From: Camelus ferus
Lineage: Eukaryota
Assembly (NCBI RefSeq): GCF_009834535.1
Contig: NC_045696.1
Span: 65,598,001-65,662,000, forward strand
Length of the DNA: 64,000 nucleotides
Direction of reading: 5' to 3'
In this document: in pieces, positions 54,214-64,000 of the stretch
Numbering within the stretch: position 1 is the first letter of the stretch
Layout: the number at the start of each line of letters is the position of its first letter
Notes under the pieces: generated by a model
The model's database searches: none
The model's input: the letters and a program-made list of their open reading frames with translations, nothing else
Told to the model about the DNA's origin: nothing
Translations under genes and position numbers: made by a program

Positions 54214-56834
54214 TAAATAATAATCACAGTATGACAGAAAGGACAGTGCCAACTGGATCACTTAGTAGCATTTAAAACCATTTTAACCATTCATGTGTGT
54301 GTGTGTGAAAGAGAGACAGAGAGAGAGTGGGGGAGGGGGGAAGTCATGCTTATGTTTTAACCAACAGATAAAACTCACTTTGCCAGGATGCACAACCAAG
54401 GGTCTTGAATCTACTTTTACTTTTGGTCTTGTGGTAGCTACCGATTTATCTTTAAAGTGCTTGTATATCATTCCCCCATTTTTTTTTCCCTCAGACATTC
54501 AGGTGATGGTAGTTTTGCTAACCTCAGCAGGGTGAAAAGAACAAGAGTTGATCTACATTTATCAAGCAACCACTGTACAGATAGAGTCACAGAAACAAAG
54601 TGAACAAATACCCTCTTGGAAAGGAAAGTGAACTGTTAATTCAGCATAGTTAAGGGAATTCAATTCTGTGAACTACAACTGCTACCAGGTAAACCCACCA
54701 GATCTTTAATACCTTGCCAATCACTTCCTGAAGAACTGGATCCTGATTAGCTGATGTATGCATTTGTGAATTTCAAGTGGCCTGGAAAATTAAACTGATC
54801 ATAATCAGAGAAACATTCTAAAACTTACTGGTTTGGTGCCTTCCTTAAAGAGCAATTGCAGGAATATACAAATTTATACAGCAGCTAAGTAAGTAATTAC
54901 TATCATAAAAATGACTTTAAAAGAAGCACTCTTGCTTTATAATGATTCAGTTGATTTTTAAATAGATTTATAAGATTCCACAACTAAACATAAAAAGATG
55001 ACTATCAAAATTACACTTAGAAAAAAAGAAGACTCTTAAACAGTGTTTCCTATGGTACACTGTACAGAGCACTGGTAACACGAGATATTCTGGGAGTACT
55101 TACTGCACACAGATGCAGTATGGTGTAATCAACAGTATTCTTACTTGATTCCAATCCTGGCTCTAACACTCACTAAATGAATAATCTTTAACAAGTTAAT
55201 AACTTATGTTTGCTCACCTGTAATATCAGAGTATTATTAACTCTGTTTGTATTTTTTAAAGTATTTGTATTTTTGTATTTGTAACTTGTATTTTTTAAAG
55301 TACCCACAAATTATCCTGATGGGGATAAACCTTTCGTGTAGAAAACAACAGGCCATTGATTAAAAACACGGGTCCTCAAAAAGGTAAATACCCTGAGATA
55401 AGCAGTAGTAGATAGAATTTTTTTCAAAGCAATTTTCCACTAAGAATATCCAGACAGTAAGAGTTTATTTCTTTCATTGTGATTCCATGTATCCCTAAAG
55501 AAACTCCGACCTTCTGTTCCTTTATTTGAATGGCACTTTTCCTGGCACTTAAGCCCTCAAATGGTTTGGCAGCCCTCGAATGGTTTGGTTTCTCTGTTTG
55601 CCTTAGCCTAGAAAGAAAAGCCACCCATTCCCTTAAACCTCTGTAGGATAAACCCAGCCATGCCCATTAAAACCCAAATGATCACATCCAACCCAACTTA
55701 AGTACAAGTTTACACCAAGGGAAGAAAAACCATTTTGGTTTATTGGCTTCATATGACAAGAGAGTTTCCCTAAGTACCAGCTACTGCAAGTTCTATTTAT
55801 CGTTGAGTCAGATTATTTCCACTTTCAACCTTTCTTCTGCAAGTAGATACTTTAGCTAGCACTTTCTCTCCTATTAAGATTAGTAAGTTCATTTCAACTT
55901 CAAAAAACTGAGAGTAATACTCAAAACTAAAAACCAAACAAACTTTTAAAGTGGTCATGGGATAAGCAGACATGGGAAAATTATTCTCTTAGAATATTAT
56001 TCCTATAAAGCAAATTCCAACACTCACAGTTCTGCTCTGGTAACCGTTTGTCAGAACTCTACACACATTTCTAGTAATCTTGGATTAAGTAAATCTGAAA
56101 GTCCAGACATTAAACGAATGGGTAAATCTTGAGATTTCTGGACTTCTACTCTGATATGCTGCCACATGCTCAATAATTGGTCATGTTTACTGACTAGAAA
56201 TGTGTTTTTCTAAAAGGTTTCTTGAGATCATGGGTACATTCTGAAGCTCAACTCTGTTTTCACACTTACAAGGGGAACGAATGCCTCCCCAGAAGATCAG
56301 GAGATTTATCTTCCTAAATATAGTACAAATAGGCTTACATTAAAATCAGCTTTCCTGTCCTAGAAAAACAGACTCTATAGAAGAAAGTGAAGGTAACGTC
56401 CCAACAGTAAACTGGAAGCAGCTAGCCTGTGTTTCAAAGTATACCCAGAAAATTCCCACACAGATAGCAGGCAGTTGTGCGTAGACTCTGTCCATCACCG
56501 TCGCTCTCTGTGTAAGTTCATCAGAGGGGATATTTTACTTTCTTTTTGAGAAAGAAATTTGTATTCACCTTAGTGGTATTTGAGTTAGATACGAACTTTT
56601 GATGGTTCCCCACTCCCAAAGAAAGCTGGAAACTCAGCTAGTGCGATGGAAAGAGAGAAGCAAAAACTGAAACTAGTAATAAACTCTAATAAGGAGGAAG
56701 CTGAGATTCCTTCAGTGCAAAAGTAAACGGAGTACATAAAATGGCATCATGGTTCTGATTTTAATTTTACCTAATGTCTGAAGACTATTTCAGAGAAGGA
56801 AAGACAAAACAAAACAAAAAACCTTTGGAGCTAT

Positions 56835-57020
56835 GCAGAGCAGGATTCAAATACCTTTTTCTTACTGGCTAAAAGACCTTAGGCAAGCTATTTGATCTCT
56901 TCGAGCCTCAGGTTCCTGATCTGTAAAACGAGGATAAACGTTGTGAGGACTAAATTAGGTAAGTGAAGGGCCACAGAAAACATCTGTCACTTAATAAGAG
57001 GAAGTTCAATAAATGGACCA
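56835..57020 (+). mobile_element. MIR SINE
   Basis: gaccttaggcaagctattt...gagcctcaggttcctgatctgtaaaacgaggataa...ttgtgaggactaaa. Confidence 0.7.
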
Positions 57021-59849
57021 ACTATTATTGGCATCATCAGAGATGAATGAATTCTTGATGAAAGAATTAATGAATTCTTATGATTATTTTCTATTAAGTA
57101 TTTCTGCTAGCCAGGTCCCACTAAGTCACTGATTCACACAGACCTATCACTTCTCTGGTATGGCCTCTATAATGGAATAGGCAATCACTGCTTCCTCTTA
57201 TGAATATATGGAGATGTTTCCCGGCAAAGAATTACAATGTAATCAACAGTCTACCACATCTCAATAGCTCCTTCTAACCTCATATGGCCAATTGAGGGAG
57301 AACATGTTTCCTATACAAACATACTGTGGGCTTGAATTAAAAGGAAATCAATACACCTAGAATGTTTAATAAGTTCCACCACTCCACACTTTTTTCAGAT
57401 GAACATCCAGGATTAGAAAGCAAAGTGGAATTCCATCTGAAAGTCATGTAATTACAGTTTACTAAAATAGAAGAACTATCAAAGTATCACCATTGAGAAT
57501 AACAGGAGGGTAGACTGTTGAGTAGAAGCATAGCCAGTCAAAATATAAACAATACACTTACATGCAGATTTAAAATACTGCATGCTTAAAACTAGCTGGA
57601 TTTTCCTAATTCCAGTTCCTTGAATTGCTCTAGTAAAAGCTTCCTGTCAAATCCACAAGGCATTTTGGTATCTTTACTGTAAGAAATGTAAGTATCCCCA
57701 ATCTATAGAAATATAATGGCTTTACTGTAGCATGTAAGGAACGAAGTGCAAAGTACAAACAGCCTAGTTCTTCATTCCAGATACCTGTCAGAATTTTAGT
57801 CCTGGCTCTGTCACCAGATCATCAAGTGACCTCTGACAAGTTACTTTCCAAATCAGAACCTCAGTGTCTGACCTATTAGGAAACAGTCCAAACTATCTTT
57901 AAGAACTCATCCAACTTAGATACAGGGTAGTGTGAAATGTAGATGGTTCAGTGTAAGTGATGTACACTTGTATCCTGGATGCAAGGACATCATCTAAAAC
58001 ATCACAATCTTAGCCTATGTGAAGGACTATCCACACAGGATGACTGCTATGCTTTCTTCTGCAACAAAGACTGCTTTCTTCATTGCTGCTGTTGGTTTTA
58101 CTATTTCTACCATAGAAAACTGCAAACATCTGCTTTTATCCTTCAGTATAGTAGTTCTCACCACCAATAAGTTTTAAAATAACCTTTCACTCAATCTAGT
58201 GTCCTGTAAAAAGGTAGACTTATCCTGTCTCACTAGCAGTTCTCACACAGCCTTCGGTATCAGGGTAAAGTGAGACCATACGATCATTCATTTACTGTCC
58301 AGTAAATACAATTGTGGACTATGCCGTTCCCTAAAAGGTTAACTTGGGGCCAGATGATCAAATTACAGCCTAGGAAAGCTGTTCACCTTCCATATTCAGA
58401 AGTCTTCTTGAAGATCACCAAATTTAAGTTCAACTAGACTGTGTTCTAAATGCCCTGGATTTCTCTACATATTGTTACTGAAACTGGCTTCAGTACATCC
58501 TACGGTATATTTGGTTATCGTGTAATTCCCCTGCAGAGGAAGTGAAAGAAAATCAGAGGCAGCCTGCATCTGTGAACAGGAAGACAAGCTGTCCAAATAC
58601 CTTTCTGCTCTAAGGGAGTCATCTGTCTCACTTTTTTTTTTTTTTAAGAATTCAGTCATTTTGATGATTTTTTAAAAACTGCTAAAAAGTCTACCTAGAA
58701 ACATAAATTTGTTTTTTGTGGCACTGCATGTTTTTAAAAGTGTTAACTTCTAATACACCCTATGAAGCTGAGACTAAACAGTATGCTGTAATTTAGAAAA
58801 CCATCCTAAAATAAGTATGCATTAAACATATCCATCCCCAAAGCAAAAACTCTCGAGTGCTTTCGCTCATGCTTTCGCACCCTCTCTTGAACATAAACCA
58901 TCCCAAGTTTGCAATCTGTACACTCACCTTTTTAGTTTCCAACCCCAAACTTTCAGATTCTTCACAATTATCTTTCTTCTCAATCAAGAACTTAGAAAAC
59001 ACATGTTATGTGATCTATTTCATTAAGACTTTATAAGAACTTTGACCCCTTTATCTAAAAATATATCTAAAGGAGAAAATAGTAAATACAAAAATTCTGA
59101 ATAGAACCCAGTATCATCTAAGAAACTAACTGGACCCTCTAGTAACAGCAACAAAATGACACCATTATCACATTCCTGGAAGACGTACACACATTACCAG
59201 GGTCTTGCATAACTAAAGTCAATCCATAAACGGGTAAGATTATTGCCTCCAAAGGAGCCTACTATGTGTTTAGACCTTGAGTTAACCTTAATACCAATCA
59301 GTCTCCTACAGAAAGGCGATAGATGGGGAAAATTCATGCAACAAATGTTAAAGTGGTATGCTCCAAGGCCTCTATTCCTACCCCAGTGAATTCACGCAAA
59401 TGACCAGGGCTCTTATTCTAGTGCCATTCATCCAGTTATCTCAGGTCAGTTTGCCCACAGAACACAGGTCATCAGATAGTCCAAAAAGTTTTCTGGAGTA
59501 TCTCCTATGTGTAAGGATACCCAAGAAATGCTGAGATCAGTCGGCGACCATTCTTGTCCCGACAGAGAGCTAGCAGACCAATACAGGAATGAGACATGTT
59601 CCTTAAGGAAGAAAGTACCTCAAAAGTAGGTTAAAGAGACATACAGGAAAGAAGCAGAGTAGACTTAACAGAGAATCAGCATTTGAGCTAGGTCTGGGGA
59701 GGTCAGGGAAGGATAGGGGGGTAGAAAAAGGGTATATTTGGATAGCATAGAAAGAGATACCATGTAGAGGGTTGGGGTTCAAAGAAACAATGGTCTGGGG
59801 AAAGGAAAGTAGGAAAGCAACTTGAACAATAGTATCACTGACACTGTAT

Positions 59850-60070
59850 GTGGAACACTACATTTTACAAAATATTTTCAAATCCATTTCTTCAATTAAC
59901 TCTCATCACAAGTCCATATATTACGCATAGTAAATATTATCTCCAAAAGATAAGAAAACTGAATCTGAGAGATTCTGAGTGTTTTCTCTGAGTCCTTACA
60001 CCAAATGAGTGGTAAAGATGAGATGTGGAAGCCAAGTTTTGTAAATCTAGGTTCAAAGTACTTCCCTTTA
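59850..60070 (-). mobile_element. MIR SINE
   Basis: ttttacaaaatattttcaaatccatt...agataagaaaactgaatctgagaga...agtggtaaagatgaga. Confidence 0.55.
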
Positions 60071-62289
60071 CAAAGACTATGTCTGCTTAAGTTTTATACA
60101 AGCTTGACTTCAATCTGGACAAAGTAATTTGTAAGCTAGAGCAAATACCACAATATAATTCTAAGAGGAGCTCAATTACTAAAAAGATACACAGGAGAAA
60201 TATAAAGAGTAAAAAGGTAGCCTCCTACTCTATTTAAAATGAAGAACAATGGTAGTTATATTGCATATCGCGAGGTAAGTAGGAATCAGAAATGTGTGCA
60301 TTTCTTACCTCCCTTCAACAGCACAAATCTTTTTAACATCCATTCGCCACATCTGGGGGGAATATATGCAGAGAATTCATAAATAGGAAATGGAAAGAAA
60401 ATTGGCTAGATGAAAGAATTTTGAGAAACCTAAATATGAATAGCTACATGAAACCCTAATATTTTTACTACATCCTGCAGAACTTGTTTCATTTAGTAAT
60501 CCATTATGAAATAGAAAACACATTAAGAACCTCAAGACAGTCTCTGGGAGACAGGCAGGTGGCCTTCAGGTTTTAAATGGCAATGAAAACTTTATATATT
60601 CAGAAAGGGTTTTTTAACAAGGACCTCACTGTCACCATATCCAACTGCCTGTGATATTTCAGCAATGTCTCTTTCAGTTGTGTGGTCACGAGTACACACC
60701 TCTTTCGGTAAAATTATCAGAATCCCCCTTTATACTCACAATGTGTCCAGGTTTGGCCTAAAAACTATTTGGCGGCCCTGGCCCTGCCTTTAAGCCTCAG
60801 TAGTTATCCTAGTTTGGAGAGCCTGAGAGACACTGCATTCTGGAATTCAGGGATGTTAAAGCAGGGTAAAGGAGTCCATCAATAGCTCCCTAACCATTTT
60901 CTAAACCTCCAGCTTTTCTCCTCCAACATACACACATGGCCAAAATGATCTTTCAAAGATTCGCTCTGTGGAGATTTAATGGGGTAACTATAAAGAGAAA
61001 AGAAAAGAAATGCTTCATGGGTACGCCAAAGCCCCATTTAAAATAATGAGGTCTGACTGGAAAACAACAGAAGCAGACATGGCAAGTTAGAGTCCAGCCA
61101 TCACTGACACAATGAGGAACTGTTGGAAAGCAAAACCAGAAAGTGATCTGGAAATGCAGACACTGAGAAGGCACAGTCCTTTCTAAAACAGCTGTTGGCA
61201 GATGTTAGGCCAAACTCAAGATGTGCAGGTGGGGGGGATATGAATCTTAATCGAACCCCTTGTTTCTCTTTCTCTACTTCTGGTTTCCCATCTAGACACT
61301 AAAACCATTTTGACAGTATTTGCCAACCCTAACATTTTATATTTTACAGAATTTTATGATATGAAAGAAAAAGCTAATACTTAGACGCATTTGATGGGAA
61401 GGTACTACTCAAAAATTAGTGAATGTAATAAAGTAAATCATGGACTCCTCTATACAGCCAATAAAGGAAAAAAAATTGTTATTGAAGGGGAGACAGTGAA
61501 GAGGGAAAGATATCCTTATAAGTCATTCGTGCCTTACTATACGCAGTTAAAAGTCCTGGAGTCAAGTCAATGGAAAGTGACTCAGCCTTCATGACTCATT
61601 ACAAAAATAAAAGCCAAAAAAGTCCAGGGGAGACTCCCCTGATATTTGGTCATTGAGAAGCTATATCAGGACTGGAAATGCTTATCACACACTAAGCCTT
61701 CCAAGTTTAGTGGCAAATCAACCTAGGTACCTCTGATACAAGTTTCCAAGAAGACAAAGTGACACTTCATTCATGCAAATGTTGGTAACACATTTTGAAG
61801 AAAGCCAGTGAAAAGTAACAAGTGAAGGTCTAAGAATCATAAGCAAACTTTTTAAAAAGCTGAATTCGTTTACTCCTGCCCTTCACTCATCAAAGTCCCA
61901 CAGACCCTTACTCGGAGCTGGTATACAGAATATTCCTACTTCACAAAAGATTTCTACCTTGATAATCAGTTGTGAAACCCCTAGAAATTTATGTGGAGAG
62001 CAAATTTTCCTCTTAAAAAAAAAAGAAAGAAAGAAAAAATCAGGATGTAAGTCTTTATTTTTAAAAGTCGCTACAGAAATAAAACATGCTATCATGAGTT
62101 CAACCGACAACAGTCTCCAACAGCACACCAGTGTATTAAAGAAAAGTTTTGGTAACTGATGTTCATAGTAATAACAGAAATATCCAAAGATATTAAATAG
62201 GGAAGTTTTTTTTAAAAGGTTTCATTGAAATGGCCTCAATTATTTTTTTTCCATAAAGTACCATAGAGTCAAGAATTTAATCTCTGCTG

Positions 62290-62558
62290 ATCAGTCTCTT
62301 CTTCCACAATTACTCAGCTTTAGCAGCATGAAGACGGCCACAGACAATCCGTAAACAAATGAGCAAAGTTATGTTCGAATAAAACTTTAGACACTGAAAT
62401 GTGAATTTCACATCATTTTTATCTGTCACAAAACATTCTTCTTCCTCTTTTTTTTTTCAATCATTAAAAAATGTAAGAACTACCTTCAGCTCACTTGTAT
62501 AAAAACAAGCAGTGGGTGTGCTGGACTGGCCCAAGGGCTGTTAGTTTGCAAACCCCTA
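62290..62558. mobile_element. MER58B-like hAT-Charlie MITE
   Basis: ggccacagacaatccgtaaacaaatgag...aataaaacttt...gacactgaaatgtgaatttcac...tagtttgcaaacccct. Confidence 0.75.
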
Positions 62559-62689
62559 CCTTAGAGGAACTAATTTCAATTACTGAAAGGAAAGAAAACA
62601 CTGCTGCTCATTTTTAACACTGATAGGAAAATGAGCTGGCGCTGGAAAACATGTAAGAAATTAGAGTAGGGCAGAATTGACCCCTGCAT

Positions 62690-62884
62690 TAGAGTGGCCA
62701 CAATGTTCTTAGTATATTCCAAATGCCCATGGTGTTAAGTCCAAGTGCATAATCTAGTATAAAAAGTACAAATTCCTGGGACCACCTCCAAGAGATTCAG
62801 TGGATATCAAGCGGGGCTATGAATGTGTTCATAGTAAAGCTTGCCACATCATTCTAATGTTGTACCAAGGTTTAAAAACCACTC
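62690..62884. mobile_element. MER5-like hAT-Charlie MITE
   Basis: aaagtacaaattcctgggaccacctcc...attctaatg...ccaaggtttaaaaaccact. Confidence 0.5.
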
Positions 62885-63810
62885 ACATTCGCAAAATACA
62901 TACCTGATTAAAGACTTGAATTCAGAACATGTAAAGAACTCTCAAAATACAATGAAGTTGGTTTTTTTTTTTTTTTACAAAAGGCAAGTTTGGAACATAC
63001 ACTTCAACAAATGATATAAGAATAGGAAATAGGCACAAAGAAAAGAGGCTCAAATCATTAGTCACTGGAGAAATGCAAATTAAAGCAACACGAGATGATA
63101 TTACATACCTACTAAAATATTTAAAATTAAAATATGTATTTTGACAACATAAAGTAGAGAAAAGGATGCAGAGCAACTGGAGCTCACATACATCACTTGT
63201 GGGAATGTAAAATGGTATAGCCACTTGGAAAAACACCTTGGCAGTTTCTTATAAAGCTAAATATACATTCACTATGTGACCCAGTAACCCCACCCCAGAT
63301 GCTTACCTAAGAAAAATGAAAACATGTTCACTACCCCTTACCCCCCCAAAAAAACTGTATGCAAATATTTACAGACCATTTATAGCCACCAAAAGTGAAA
63401 ACAACCCAATGTTCGTCAGCCAGTAAGCGGATAAGCAAATGGTGGTACAGTCATACACTGGGACTTAGCAAGAAAATGGAACAAAACTACGGATACACAG
63501 AAGATGGTATCAGATGGATTATGCTAAGTGAAAGAAGCCAGACTCAAAAAGCAACCTATTGTATGATCCCATTTATAGGACATTTTTATAGAGGCAAAAC
63601 CATAGAAAACAAATCAGTGGTTGATGGAGGTGGGGGAAAAACGGTGCAGCAGTGTGGGGGAGTTATGTAACTGGTCTTTGTCTTGTTGTGGTGGTTACAA
63701 GACTACACATTTGCCAAAACCCAGAACTGCATACTAAGAAGGATGAATTTTTACTGCATGTGAATTATATACCTCAATGAATTTGACTAAAAAAGAAAAA
63801 TATAAAAAAA
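62885..63810 (+). mobile_element. Old LINE-1 3' end (L1MB/L1MC-like)
   Basis: ORF2 C-terminal remnants (ggagaaatgcaaattaaa, gtgggaatgtaaaatggtatagccac) and 3' UTR (atgctaagtgaaagaagccagactc), A-rich tail. Confidence 0.85.
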
Positions 63811-64000
63811 CACTGATATAAAGCAAGACTGGTTACAGACTGCTTCTGGTTTATTAGAAAGTTTTCACTGTTTTTATGTCAGTCTATGGTTACCAACTAT
63901 TCATATGAATACCTATGTATCTTAGCACATGTGTGTGTTTTAATGAAATAATGGCAAAAAAAAAACCCAAGTTCTTTTGTGTGTGCATGTTTGTCACGTC

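Noticed and set aside
44178..64000. Search for CCDC50 exon 1, a CpG-island promoter, or a nested gene/retrogene/RNA gene
   Set aside because: No CpG island, no MAEVSIDQ-like coding start, and no tRNA, snRNA or processed pseudogene recognised; exon 1 must lie beyond the window
1..64000. Prokaryotic-type systems (CRISPR arrays, operons, defence or phage loci) or endogenous viral ORFs
   Set aside because: Intron-rich mammalian DNA with no regularly spaced repeats and no long unexplained ORFs

Overview
Mammalian (eutherian) genomic DNA, AT-rich, with many ancient repeats. The window holds most of one minus-strand gene, CCDC50 (Ymer; a ubiquitin-binding coiled-coil protein with roles in NF-kB regulation and selective autophagy). 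Coding exons 2-12 were read directly from the sequence. All have GT-AG boundaries and consistent phases (1400 coding nt in the window), including the 528-nt alternative exon 6. A ~6.3 kb 3' UTR probably ends near 5165. Exon 1 and the promoter lie beyond position 64000. The rest is LINE-1, L2, MIR, MLT1 and DNA-transposon fossils plus microsatellites. No lineage-specific SINE was recognised, and one short L1 3' end looks cetartiodactyl (possibly camelid), which is an inference. No clearly new biological system is evident. The best leads are: (i) exon-6 read-through ending in a hydrophobic tail whose stop codon abuts AATAAA, a possible tail-anchored isoform; (ii) a 5'-intact L1 with two internal deletions removing EN and RT; (iii) identical intron positions in two MIU-like repeats; (iv) immune-type enhancer motif clusters and cryptic-exon candidates in intron 1. 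Repeat family names and boundaries are by eye and approximate.
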